From Eledone cirrhosa (lineage: Eukaryota): a DNA stretch of 64,000 nt. The translations under genes and the position numbers were made by a program. The stretch lies in the NCBI GenBank assembly GCA_964016885.1, contig OZ024757.1, positions 39,804,001-39,868,000 of the forward strand, read 5' to 3'. Positions 45,489 through 58,775 of this stretch are shown piece after piece. The notes beneath the pieces were generated by a model. The model made no database searches, had not been told where the DNA came from, and worked only from the letters and a program-made list of their open reading frames with translations. Each line of letters begins with the position of its first letter. Positions within the stretch are counted from its first letter, which is position 1.

Positions 45489-46058
45489 ATATATATATAT
45501 ATTACAAATATGCTGATCAGTTAGTTTTTCTCTATGTTCAATAGAAAACACTAAGCCAATGATGATTGAGAGTTATTTTATATAGAGACTGTATATAGAG
45601 AAAAACATTTTTGTGGATAAAATATACGTCTCCCACTTCTCAAGGCATTTTATGTTTCTCTCATTGTGGTATAAACAAAGTATGTTTCTTTTTGATAAGT
45701 ATCAGCATAACAGAAATATCAAAGGTTTCCTTAATAAAGCGACTCATCTCTCCCGTATTGATAGAGAATTTGTTGGCTTCTCTAACGATACCTGAATGAC
45801 AACAATAACAACAATATCAAAAAACAAAACAAACCGCCCCCCCCCAGATATTTTGCTTTCAAACATACTAAATTATCTTATTTTATTTTATTTCATTTCT
45901 ATTTCTTTTGTTTGTTTGTCTCTATGTGATTAATTTTAGATCAGTTTCATTTTCATGTAAGGTTTTTTCAATCTTAAAATTGCCTCAAGAATTCAAACAC
46001 TACAAAGAATAAATGAAATTTATCCATGGGATGAATAAATGGGTGATAATTAAAGTGT

Positions 46059-46585
46059 AAAGTCTATTTTGATCTCTGAGGCTCATCAGTCAGGTGTGTA
46101 TCCTGGTGTCCATGGTGCGAAATGACTGAGAGTACAGGACTTCCCCCTGGAGAAGACACCAGTCCACTAGAGAGTTAAAGTCTATTTTAATCTCGTTGGT
46201 TTATCAGACAGGTGCATATCCTTGTTTCCGTAGCACGAACCAACTGTGAATAAAAGATTTCTCGCTGGAAAGGCCTTTGCTGCTGGTACTCATTTCAAGC
46301 TGAGTTTACTGGAGCAATGTGAAATGAAGTGTTTTGCTCAAGAACAAAACACACAATTTGGTCCAGGAATCAAACCCATGACATTAAGATCATCAGTCTA
46401 ACATTCTTACCACTAGGCCATAAACCCCCCCCCCCCCCTTTCAACAGGACAAGTCAATGCTGGTACTCATTTTTAGTTGAGTATACTGGAGCAATGTGAA
46501 ATGAAGTGTTTTGCTCAAGGACACAACACACAACCCTGCATAGTAATGGAACCCATGGAATCATGATCACAACTTCAACATGCTT
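46059..46585 (-). mobile_element. Cluster of SINE family 2 copies and partial duplications
   Basis: Core gctggtactcattt...gagcaatgtgaaatgaagtgttttgctcaag occurs twice; the 3' part is also duplicated. Confidence 0.75.
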
Positions 46586-47148
46586 TAGGTAGGTAGGTAG
46601 GTGGGTAGGTAGGTAGGTAGAGAGGTAGGTAGGTAGGGAGGTAGGTAGGGAGATAGATAGGTATGTAGGTAGGGATGTAGGGAGGTAGGTAGGTAGGTAG
46701 GGAGGTAGGTAGGTAGGTAGGGAGGTAGGTAGGTGGGTAGGTAGGTAGGTAGGGAGGTAGGTAGGTAGGTAGGTAGGGAGGTAGGTAGGTAGGTAGATAG
46801 GTAGGTAGATAGGTATGTAGGTAGGTAGGTAGGTAGGTAGATAGGTATGTAGGTAGGTAGGTAGGTAGATAGATAGGTAGGTAGATAGATAGGTAGGTAG
46901 GTAGGTAGGTAGGTAAGTAGGTAGGTAGGTAAGTAGGTAGGGAGGTAGATAGGTAGGTAGGTAGGTATGTTGGTAGGGAGGGAGGTAGCTAGGTAGGGAG
47001 GGAGGTAGGTAGGTAGGGAGGGAGGTAGGTAGGTAGGTAGGTATGTTGGTAGGGAGGGAGGTAGGTAGGTAGGTAGATAGATAGGTAAGTAGGTAGATAG
47101 GTAGGTAGGGAGGTAGGTAGGTAGGTAAGTAGGCAGATAGATAGGTAG
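46586..47148. repeat. (GGTA)n tetranucleotide array
   Basis: Direct inspection. Confidence 0.96.
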
Positions 47149-47248
47149 GAAGATAAACAATTAGGTTGGTAGGCAAGTAGAGATGTAGATAAATAAAGGG
47201 ACAAACGACAAACAATACAATAGGTAATGCTATGAATGTTCAACTTAC

Positions 47249-47446
47249 CATATCGATGAGGTCACCCACCATTCCGTTCCATTTTCCGGTCTTATTATCT
47301 ACTGAACCATATTGACCGTCATCGACAATGTAAACATTGTAACTAAAATTGAGCTCCGTTGCAATAGCTTCCAGAAGGTCTATGGCAAAACCTTCGTATT
47401 TCACTTCACCATCAACGGTAGATTCTATGCTTACATATGGTGCTTC
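47249..47446 (-). CDS. GRIK-like: iGluR exon (S1): EAPYVS...YEGFAIDLLEAIATELNFSY...DGQYGSVDNKTGKWNGMVGDLIDM
   Basis: Acceptor tttctag, donor gtaagt; 198 nt. YEGF.IDLL, DG.YG and WNGMVG motifs. Not in the ORF track; translated by hand. Confidence 0.95.
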
Positions 47447-48038
47447 CTAGAAATAGAAATATTTAGTTAAAACAATGTTGTCTCTGATTGAGATGAAGTG
47501 AGAGTGCTCTTGATTGTATACATATAATAATGAGAAAACTCATCATTAGAAAAACAACAGCTGTTAAAACAGTTAAATGCAATCAAAGAAAGTAATTTAT
47601 CAATGATCTAGCCTTTTTAAAGTGGCCCACTCAAACTAAATCAAGTGAAACCATTTTGCTCGTTTGAAAGCTGGTGAGGATGAAGATGTATGTATGTAAA
47701 CCTTTTTGTATAACGCCTTTCTTTATTCCTTTCTTACAGTCATTTCTGCGTGCCTTTACGCTTCTCCTTGCCCTGCCCCCTCTCTCAATATTTTCAGTGT
47801 TTCATCTGCCTATCACCCACCTTGTGGATTGTCTCTCAGTTGACCACTGGCCACTGGTCTTTGTCCTCTCAGCCATTTTTGCCCATCACTGTCTTTTATG
47901 GAATTTAGCTGTTTTAACGGCTGCTCTAGCGAAGAGTTTTCTCATTTTTATGTGTATTGAGAAATATTTAGGTTTTGTTTAATTAATGAATGTTACAATG
48001 TGACATAACGTTCTAGTAGACATATAAATGTCACTCAC

Positions 48039-48152
48039 CAATATTGAAACCACTTTTAAAGTTGAATTTGACAACTTCTTTCGTAATTCGTTTTTGGTTT
48101 CTACTCTGCTCTCTGTTATATTCACACGATTTATACTATCCCATGTTCCAAT
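48039..48152 (-). CDS. GRIK-like: Kainate-type ionotropic glutamate receptor exon (ATD-S1 linker): IGTWDSINRVNITESRVETKNELRKKLSNSTLKVVSIL
   Basis: Acceptor tttttgcag, donor gtgagt; 114 nt, phase 0/0. IGTW and L.V.SIL match the iGluR ATD/S1 junction and join in frame to EAPY. Confidence 0.9.
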
Positions 48153-48194
48153 CTGCAAAAAACAGGAGGAGACAACCAAATGTAGTAAATTATA

Positions 48195-48445
48195 GATGTT
48201 GACAGAAACGATACCTATAATCATAGGTGTTCTGGGAATTATAAAAATGCACACAGACAGATACATAACTAAAACTCCAGGACTTACAAATATATACAAC
48301 AAACAAAAAAAAAAAAGCACAACTAGGCACTGCATACATATTACGAAGAGTACTATCAATACAATAGAACAAACATCACCAAAAACCACACTGCATGTAC
48401 CCAAGATGCAGAGAGCTGTGCTCAGTAAAGTAGTGATAAAGTGCA
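48195..48445 (+). mobile_element. R4/Dong-like 3' fragment, same family as 22155-22530
   Basis: TETIPIIIGVLGIIK..., shares 3' sequence cccaag..gca.agagctgt.ctc.gta with 22470-22500. Confidence 0.7.
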
Positions 48446-48448
48446 AAA

Positions 48449-48620
48449 TAATTGTTTCTACTTTTGGCAGAAGGCCAGCAATTATCCAGTGCATTACTGG
48501 TACTTTATTTTATCGACCCCGTAAGGATGAAAGGCAAAGTTAACCTCGGTGGGTTTTGATCTCATAATGGCAAGGGCCGTAACTCTATACGTCAAAGTAT
48601 GGCGTCCGACCCACTGCCAA
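48449..48620 (-). mobile_element. SINE family 1 copy
   Basis: Reverse complement match. Confidence 0.85.
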
Positions 48621-48960
48621 ATAATAATATTCTATTCCAAGAATTTGTAGTTGAAATATGTATGAAGTTAAGAAAAGAAATGAATAAAGAATGAAAGGCC
48701 ATTGAACAATTTCAATGTATTTATTCATTCATTTGAAAACGTAAAAGACAGTCTATATATTGTATGTTGTTGTCAGAAGTTGTTTTCTCATTGTTTGATG
48801 TTCTTAGATGTTGCTATGAGCTTCAGACATGCAATGACCTTTATAAACAGCCATATTTGTTCTCCATGTCAGAAGAGTAAGTCTAAGAAAGAATTGTTAA
48901 GAAAACCGAACACGGTAGGAAATATAGAATATGTTTATTTTTATTAATATATTTATACAC

Positions 48961-49146
48961 TGGTGAATTGGCAGTATCAGTAGAGGGTTGGACGCCATGC
49001 TTTCTAGCATAGTTATGTCCCTTTATGGTCTGAGTTCAAATCTCATCGAGGTTAACTTTGCCTATCATCCTTACGGGGTCGATAAAATAAAGTACCAGTA
49101 ATACACAGGGTATTTGCTGGCCTTGTGCCAAAAGTAGAAACAATTA
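48961..49146 (+). mobile_element. SINE family 1 copy
   Basis: Near full-length match. Confidence 0.85.
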
Positions 49147-49905
49147 TATAATATAGTAAAGTTTAATATAGTATAATACAGTATAATATATAACATAATA
49201 TAGCAAAGTTTAATATAGTATAATATATCTGTATATATATATCTTAGATGCCGGGCGAGTGCATTAACCAACATAACAAAAATCTTCAAGCTACTAATTT
49301 CGTGATTGCAGAAGAGTCACACAATTAGATAAAGGTTTAATATATTAAAAAAAGGATAAGAGGGATATGAGACACATGTGCAAATCAAATCCCAAGATTA
49401 ATTTCAAAATAAAATACATTGACAGCTGCTGAAAGCATGCGTTTGTGATACATAGTTATATATAGTTGAATGGATGTATGGTAATATTATATTAGATACC
49501 GACACAGAGAGATAGATGGCTAGAATGCCATCCTATCAAACGGACAGATACAAGAAAATAGATTGTAATACAAGTTAGACACAGAGATGCATGGTTTTAA
49601 AAAATAATTAAAACACCTTAAATTAAAACGAATCTGTTTGAATCTCTAAAATAATCACATACAAAGTTCTTTTTGAAATTGATCCTTTCAATTTCCTGTA
49701 ATATATTTTGAATTCAAAGATTGCAATAGCCTTAAAGCTTTATATTTGATTTGAAAAGATTTAACAGTCCGCAAAATGCGACATCATCAGATCTCTGGTG
49801 TTAGAAAACCCATCAAAATCTCAAAACCCATGTAATTAAATAGTAAACAATCAAAAGGAAAAAGAAATATTTATATATATATTTACACTATTTATATACA
49901 TATTT

Positions 49906-49953
<48 letters not shown>

Positions 49954-49966
49954 TATATATATTTAG

Positions 49967-50006
<40 letters not shown>

Positions 50007-50685
50007 TTTAGAGACATATATATATATAAATATTTAGACTATATATATATATATATAAATATTTAGAGACATGTATATATATATAAATATTTAGACACAC
50101 ACATATATATATATATACGTATATATGGTGTGTGTATATATATATATATATACGTATATATGGTGTGTGTATATATATATATATATACGTATATAAGGTG
50201 TGTATATATATATATATATATACGTATATAAGGTGTGTATATATATATATACGTATATAAGGTGTGTATATATATATATATATATACACGTATATAAGGT
50301 GTGTGTGTGTGTATATATATACATATATATATATATATACGTATATATGGTGTGTGTATATATATATATATATATAAGTACACATATATATGGTGTGTGT
50401 ATATATATATATATATACATGACAAAGAAATATTAAAAAAAACATGTGAAATATATGAAGGAAGGAAATGCAATTCCTTTTTGAAACAATTGGTATAGTT
50501 TTAGGGCATTCTGATAGGAAATAATTATAGTCAGCACGATTTGTTAGTTAAAAAATATATAATGAACGCGAGTTTGTGTGATGATATGTCTGTATTTAGG
50601 GGTTCAAATCTGTATGAATGTGTGTATGCGTATCTTGGTGTGTGGTTGCTTGTGTTAGTATATATATATATATATATATATACAT

Positions 50686-50730
<45 letters not shown>

Positions 50731-51324
50731 ATATATACATACACACACACACATATATATATATATGCTCACATATAGGAAGAAGCAAACATATATACCT
50801 ATATAAGTATGTATGCAAAAGGCAAACAAAAATAACAAAGCAAACGACACAGTACACTGAAGACATTTATTATTAGTTTTACGCTTGATATAGTAGGAAA
50901 AGATTGTCACCAACATATACAATAGTGTATATGTGTGTGTGTTTATGTGTGTGCATTGTTCTTCCTTGTATCCCATGTCTGATTTAGCCTTAGAGAATGG
51001 CTATGTGTCTATATGGGTGATCCATACATGTATTTATTATGTTTTAATATCTCTGTGTGTGCATTGGTTGTGTATACATATGGTTATTCTTTTAATATCC
51101 AATTGAGTTCTTATACATGTGGTTAATACCTAACAGGTTTAAATGACCAGCGTGTATATTGTTTTATTTTAAGATGACCTCCCGTTACCCTTTTGGGGAC
51201 AGCGTGTATTTTTTCTTTGAGAGAACTGCTGAATTCTAATCTACCAGTCTCTTCTTAGCGCTGAGGGAGATCATCACCATTCTATTAATGTCGATATAAT
51301 TCTTATATCGATATTATTTGGGCA

Positions 51325-51448
51325 TCCACTGATGAGTTTATAAGAGCCAACTTGTGTATAAAACCATGGATTATATACAAGTTTCTACATAACTTGGAAA
51401 TTATTTATCCCAAATTGTAGAAATCTTATAACGAAATGGCCGTCTGGA
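51325..51448 (+). ncRNA. Type I hammerhead motif with a large branched helix II
   Basis: tcca-CTGATGA-gtttataaga...tcttataac-GAAA-tggccg-TC-tgga. Confidence 0.72.
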
Positions 51449-51851
51449 AGGAAAGAGATATTTATTTATGTCTCATATAAAATAATACAACCAGCTAACC
51501 ACGAAATACTGATTAGTTAGCACCCCAAACACTAAATTTGGATAATACTTAAGTATATCCTAATGTTTGTTGAGTGAGATGGAGTTGGTCGGAGTATCGC
51601 TTAAGGCCTTCTCTGTTTATGTATTGTATATATATATATATATGTTTTTACCCTTCTATGTTGTTCACTTGTCCCCCTCGCTTTACGCGATTACTGGTCC
51701 CAATAACGTTTTTTAGATTATTGCTCGCACCAACCTGAGGTATCTGATTTTTAATGCGATGAAATACCAATGATGGTTGGAAAATCACTAACGAAGGACT
51801 ATTTTTATCATATGTAACCCATGTGCAAACCACGCAGTATTCTTTCTTCTC

Positions 51852-51916
<65 letters not shown>

Positions 51917-52399
51917 TGGCTGCATGTGTAGGGATCGAGGATGGATTATATCAGTATTAACAGTTTTAGAATCGAGATGATAGTATTCCTTTAGTAATAT
52001 TTGTTTCTCATTACTGCCTACCTACATTTGCAGCCCCCCCCATATATATATATATATTACTTTTCTACATTCGATATATACATATATACGAACACACACA
52101 CACATATAATATATACGCACGCACACACACACACGCGCACACACACATATAATATATACGCACGCACACACACGCACACATAATATATACGCACGCACAC
52201 ACACATACATATAATATATACGCACGCACACACACATATAATATATATGCACGCACACACACACACACATAAATATATACGCACACACACACACACACAT
52301 AAATAATATATACGCACACACACACACATATATAATATATACGCACACAAACATATATAATATATACACACACACACATATATAATACACACACACAAT

Positions 52400-52432
<33 letters not shown>

Positions 52433-52669
52433 AATATATTTATTTACAGATAAACACAGGACTTTTCCTTACAGGTTCTATACACGACAGTTAAATACAC
52501 CAAACTTATATTAGCCAAAGTTTACCACACAAAGTACTATCAGAAGTTTAACCCACCCCTTACTGGTCCTATGATGACGATAGCCATTGGGCCTCAGTCG
52601 CCCTCAATAATGTTCCCTCTTCAGTTGATTTAATACCATATTGTCAGAAAAATGTTTTTTTATCTACAC

Positions 52670-52710
<41 letters not shown>

Positions 52711-52715
<5 letters not shown>

Positions 52716-53145
52716 ATACTTGGAGAGGGTCATAGTTTTGTAATAATATTGCCAGAAGTAATAACAGAACACACTCACTGTTTGGTTGGTTTTCGCTTGT
52801 GTCTTTTATATCGGTTAATTTAATTTATTCGGTCCTCAATGTTACCATTGACTGACCAACGGTCAAAAATACAGATACAATATAGACACAAACACATATA
52901 TATAGTCTAACAAAGTTCTTTCGTTGCACATCTGCAACATCGTCAGTGGTGCTATTATGTTTCCTCCCGTTGCATTGTATGCCTACGCCATCTTTATTTA
53001 GTCTGTTTATTTATCAAACAGTGAGTGTGTTCTGTTATTAATTCTGCCAATATTATTACACAAATATGACCCTCCCCAAATATAATAATATTTGTTTCGA
53101 CACACGATTTCATATCAAAAACCTCGCAAAACTAATTCATCGCAG
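52711..53145 (+). mobile_element. Family E hairpin-plus-tail element
   Basis: About 70-bp inverted arms (...aataacagaacacactcactgtttg / caaacagtgagtgtgttctgttatt...), plus a tail like 8400-8459. Confidence 0.7.
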
Positions 53146-53148
53146 TTA

Positions 53149-53262
53149 TGAGTTCAAATCCCGCCGAGGTTAACTTTGCCTTTCATCCTTACGGGGTCGA
53201 TAAAATAAAGTACCAGTAATACACTGGGTTATTGCTGGCCTTGTGCCTAACGTAGAAACAGT
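53149..53262 (+). mobile_element. SINE family 1, 5'-truncated
   Basis: Starts at the B-box; core and 3' end present. Confidence 0.8.
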
Positions 53263-53671
53263 TATATATATATATATATATATATATCAAAATGAAAATC
53301 CGAAGGCAAGGTAAAATTTCAATCATTTAATCACGACACATGTTTCAATAAGAAATAGATCGATTGTGAAGCCATGATCGATTATCACTGATCTAATCGG
53401 GTGAAAATGAATTGTCTTCAAATTCTTGATATAAGGGAGAAAAAATAACGATGTTCTCTCACAGAATTCATTCCCTCATATATACAAAAGCGTGGAGAAC
53501 TTAATATTGCTAACATAAGTTATTGGACCATTTTACACAACCAATAATGCACCTTACTATATAACAACTATATATATATATATATGTATATCTCTCTCTA
53601 TATATATCTATATCTCTATGTATATCTATCTATCTATCTATCTATCTATATCTATCTAAGTGTCTGGATGC

Positions 53672-53728
<57 letters not shown>

Positions 53729-54096
53729 TAAACAGCTTTATTTTGAAATTATAATTTAAGAATATATATTTAAGAAATAAAAAAAATAAAAATAATATAG
53801 CAAGATATATTTTGTTTAATGTCAATAGTTAATTAATAGTTTCGGCATTTGTTTTGAAAAAAAAATCTATTCTCATACTGTATCGTGACCTTCAGATCAC
53901 GTTTTCAACAAAATAATGGACTGTTTTAGGTGCGAGAATATCTGTTCTTCAAGATCTCACATCAATAAATGTTTTAAAAGCCGTCAGCTAAAAAACCCAC
54001 TCATCATCTATCAGAAAAATCCTAGTGCTCTCTTAGGGCTTTTCTTAAATATATATCATCATCATCATTTTACGTCTGCTTTTCCCTGCTTGCAAG

Positions 54097-54152
<56 letters not shown>

Positions 54153-54526
54153 AAGAAACAGGGGCTGTGTAGTTGCTGGATAAGGTGTACTTATATAAAA
54201 AAGAGGAAAGCATGAACAAGAGAAATTTTCCTTCATCAGTTGTCTGCTGGGGGTCATAGATATTTCTATGCATTATATATCTCTCTCTCTATATATAATA
54301 TATATATAATATATATATTATATATATATTATATATATATATAATATATATATTATATATATATATAATATATATATTATATATATATATAATATATATA
54401 TTATATATATATAATATATATATTATATATATATAATATATATATTATATATATATAAATAATATATATATATTATATATATATAATATATATATTATAT
54501 ATATATAAATAATATATATATATATA

Positions 54527-54726
54527 TAATATAGATGAGATTCTACAGGACTAGAACTGTTTCATTCTTTAGAAATCATCAGGAATCTCAGGAGATTCCT
54601 GATGATTTCTAAAGAATGAAACAGTTCTAGTCCTGTAGAATCTCATCTATATTAAAACTTTTATACTCTGCTATGTATTGAGTACCTTACTTACTGTGGT
54701 TACCTCCGATTCAACCCGGAATAACG
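54527..54726 (+). mobile_element. Family B hairpin-plus-tail element, perfect arms
   Basis: About 63-bp perfect inverted arms with a 2-nt spacer, plus about 70-bp tail. Confidence 0.88.
54592..54644 (+). ncRNA. Intact type I hammerhead motif; mirror copy on the minus strand at 54537-54589
   Basis: gagattc-CTGATGA-tttc taaa gaat-GAAA-cag ttctagtc ctg-TA-gaatctc: 7-bp helix I, GUA site. Confidence 0.85.
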
Positions 54727-55027
54727 TATATATATATACAGTGGTACACACCTGGGAGGTTTTATCAGTTGTAAGTAGGTCACTGAATCCAGAGGATGAG
54801 TTTGGTACAGAGTTAGTTCCACATCAAATTAGCAAAGCATACTTGCTAATTTGTTATGAAACTACCCCCTATCTGTGTGTATGTGTGTGTGTGTGTGTGT
54901 TTGTACAATATTATGGGTATGAGTCACAATAAACCTAGAAGTTGAATACTTATATTAGCAGTATGACTTAACTCCGTACTACTAGTGGTTTGAAGGTGTT
55001 AACACGTCCAAAGCAAGAGTATTTCAA

Positions 55028-55058
<31 letters not shown>

Positions 55059-55060
<2 letters not shown>

Positions 55061-55818
55061 CATAGGTTAAGTAACGTCTTAGATATGAAAGTATATTTTC
55101 TGACAAGTGAATGTGGTTTTTTTTGTTTTTTTTTTTCTACAGTGACAATTACGATACAGTTTGTTTATTTACAACAGGTCTCTATAGTGATATGGTGTTA
55201 ATTAGTATTGCGTGTGTGATTATTTTTTCTTTTTCTTTTTTTGTGTATTGTGTGTACGGAAAATGACATTGTGTGTTGAAAGAAATACATTTTTTTAAAA
55301 TAACTACATAGACGTTTGTTGCATATAACATATAAATTGACGTACCTTATCAACATCCTTATTAGACCGTATAAATAGCTGAAATACAGTTGATCATCTC
55401 GAACGTTAAACTTAACGTATTTGGCGAGATGATCAACTGTATTTCAGCTATTTATACGGTCTAATAAGGATGTTGATAAGGTACGTCAATTTATAAGTTA
55501 TATGCAACAAACGTCTAACTCTTTTACCTGTTTCAGCCATCCGGCTGAGGCCATGCTGGGGCACCGCCCTTATGTAGTTATTTAAAAAAAATGTATTTCT
55601 TTCAACACACAATGTCATTTTCCGTACACACAATACACAAAAAAAGAAAAAGAAAAAATAATCACACACGCAATACTAATTAACACCATATCACTATAGA
55701 GACCTGTTGTAAATAAACAAACTGTATCGTAACTGTCACTGTAAAAAAATAAAACAAACACATTCACTTGTCAGAAAATATACTTTCATTATCTAAGACG
55801 TTAAACTTAACCTATGCC
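55059..55818. repeat. 760-bp foldback (about 340-bp arms) flanked by TA repeats
   Basis: 55059-55401 is the near-perfect reverse complement of 55425-55818 apart from a 53-bp insert at 55518-55570. Confidence 0.92.
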
Positions 55819-55827
55819 ATATATATA

Positions 55828-56206
55828 TATTAAAATATAAGTATTAATAAAATAGATGTTCTTTTGATCAATTACATTTTATTATACATATTTCGGAAGC
55901 ACAGCAGTACGTCCTCATCAGACAAAATATAATGATATAATGATTTAATCAAGGTAGTACTACCTTGATTAAATCTTAACCATGTAACATCTCAGGGTAT
56001 GTCATGTATCATTATGTTTTGTCTGATGAGGACGTACTGTTGTACTTCCAAAATATGTATAATAAAATGTTATTGATCAAAAGAACATCTATTTTATTAA
56101 TACTTATATTTTAATATTAATTACCCCTGAAAATTATTTTTCCATTGAGTGCTTCCAATCTACTGTAAAACTCATTCTTTGACATAATCATCGAATATTG
56201 TTTAAC
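55828..56206 (+). mobile_element. Family D hairpin-plus-tail element with HHR motifs (55874-55930 minus, 56014-56070 plus)
   Basis: About 105-bp arms; ttttgt-CTGATGA-ggacgtac...gtacttcc-(G/A)AAA-tatgta-TA-ataaaa; internal 34-bp palindrome at 55942-55975. Confidence 0.8.
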
Positions 56207-56336
56207 AACTAGAAATAGAAGCTTTCGCCGTATTTTTGAGTAAAGAAACTTTAGCCTCATCGTGGGGTTTAGAACCATCTAAGACATGGAAAAAGATTAG
56301 TTTTGGCGTACATGAGAGTTGAAGCTACATATTTGG

Positions 56337-56367
<31 letters not shown>

Positions 56368-56372
<5 letters not shown>

Positions 56373-56576
56373 AAATGTGTGAGATACTTGGTACAGTTAG
56401 GTATATTTGAAAAAAAAAGGAAAATAATGACTTGTAGCTCTAAATAATTTGATTTAATTTTATAATATTGTAATATTATGAGTTGGTAGATCTAGTTCTA
56501 CCAACTTATTATTATATTATAAAATTAAATCAAATTATTTAGAACTACAAGTCATTCTTTTCCTTTTTTCCAAATA
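56368..56576 (-). mobile_element. Family H hairpin-plus-tail element
   Basis: Homologous to 33880-34047, apex at agttggtaga...tctaccaact. Confidence 0.7.
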
Positions 56577-57634
56577 TATATATATATACACACACACTTA
56601 TGTATGTAACTATGTAATTCTTTGTCTTTTATATTCTGTTTACTGCTTCTTGTATTTACTAGAACTCCTATTTTTATAAAAGTTTATATGGTGCGAAAGA
56701 TTCCATGAAAAAAAGAGTAGATGATATAAAAAGTTTGATGATAAGTGCTCTACATATTCTCAATATATTGTTCAAATATGTCATCTACAATAGTAAAATA
56801 TATGACACAAGAAGACTGGGAAACTTGCCTGTAGTGAGTCGTACAACAATGAAATATCGGTTAAAAATTTGCGGAAGCTGAACAGAAAATGTAAATACGG
56901 CTTAAAAACCTGTCTTCAGAGAGAAGCTGATGTATCATCAATACAACAACATACTCTACTATTTCCCAAGAAAGGAACTGGTGATAAATCGGTGACAGGG
57001 TAAATATCCTGTAGCATAGGTTCACGTTCTAAGACATACATATACCCACAAACATACACATATATACATATATATACACATATATGTATATATAACGTTA
57101 TACGTGTATATATATATACATATATATATGTGTGTGTGTGTGTTTATGTATCTGTTTGTGTTTATGTGTGCATGTATGTTGTACGTACGTCTGTTTCACA
57201 TAAGAACTATTAAGGTGAAACAACAGTTCAAGGAATGACATGTTAGTAAAACCAAATGGGAAACAAACATTTTTGTAAAAAAAAAACAATAAAACAAACA
57301 CAAAATACTAATAAGACAAACACAAAAAAAAACTTATAAAACGAACCAAAAGAACCAAAAACCCTTTCAAAAACCTCAAAAAAACACACACACAACAGAA
57401 ACCCAAACTTCAATTGAAAAAAGGTAGAAAACTAAAGACTTCTAGAAGTAGCCGAGATTAATTGAAGAGAATGTATTAGCGTGTTTTCTCTTTTCTCTGA
57501 GAAATGTTTTTCAAAAATACGATCACAATATTACATTTAGCACACTCGCTAAACCACTCAATATCGATGTCAGAAAATCTTGATCCTTCTTCACTTATCG
57601 ATTTCTACTTAGTGAACACTCTTGAAATGAATAA

Positions 57635-57726
57635 TGTGCGTGTGTGCGTGCGTGTGTGTGTGTGTCTATGTGTGTGTGTGTGTGTGTGTGTTGATGTATG
57701 TGTGTGCATTTCGGTTTCTGTTTGGG

Positions 57727-57758
<32 letters not shown>

Positions 57759-58166
57759 GGGGGGGGGGTCACCGTGTGTATGAGTGTTTCGATGTGTGTG
57801 TATATATGTGTGGATGTTTGTGAGTGCATTTCGGTTTCTGTGTGAATGTGTGGTTGGATGTTAGTGTGTATACATGTGAATGTTTGTGAGTGTGCGAGTG
57901 TACATGTGTGTGTGTGGGTGTGGATGTGTGTGTGGGTGTGGATGTTCGTGTGTGTATATCGGTTTCTGTGTGTATGTGTGTTTGGATGTTTGTGTGTATG
58001 TGTAGATGTTTGTGAGTGTGTTTGTGTTTGTCTGTGTGATGTATGTGTACGTGTGGATGTGTGTTTGCGTTTGTATATGGATGTGGGTGTTTGTGAATGT
58101 GTGTGTATATATGTATGTGTATTAAAATGTGTGTGTGTGTATGTGTGTAGATGAGTATGCGTGTGA
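57635..58166. repeat. Degenerate (TG)n
   Basis: Direct inspection. Confidence 0.9.
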
Positions 58167-58549
58167 GTAAAGTTAACCACGGCAAGATTTGAACTCGTAA
58201 TGTTTCAAATTTAGGTAAAATGCCAACAATTTGTTTGTTATTGTGGGGTAGGGGGAAAGTCCATTAAACAGACCTGTGTCTTACTGGTACTTTATTTTAT
58301 CGACATCGTAAGGATAAATAGCAAAGTGTTTGGCTTGTGTAAGTCAATATGTGCGCCTGTGTGTGTGTTTGTATATCTATGTATGTTTGGCTTGTGTGTG
58401 TGTGTGTGAATATGTGTATGTTTGTCCATGTGTGTATATAGGCGCGTGTGGTGTGTATATGTGTGTGAATGTGACCGTGTCTAAGAATGAATGCTTGTTT
58501 TCATTCCAGACAGACCTTCAACAAAGCCAGTCCGTCTCTCTCTCTCATT

Positions 58550-58588
<39 letters not shown>

Positions 58589-58742
58589 CATACTTATATA
58601 TATATTTATAATATCGCTCGCTCTCCTCTCTCTCTCTATATATATATCGCTCTCACTCTGTCTATCTATCTATCTATCTATCTATCTCACTCTCTATAAC
58701 TTGCCCTCTATCTACTTATCTATCTATCTCTCACTCTATCTG

Positions 58743-58775
<33 letters not shown>

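Noticed and set aside
46454-47243. LPTY-repeat ORFs
   Set aside because: Translation of the (GGTA)n microsatellite.
51729-51782. Partial hammerhead-like strings (also near 49770, 53830-53900 and 54230)
   Set aside because: Core or cleavage triplet incomplete; cannot be supported without a family consensus.
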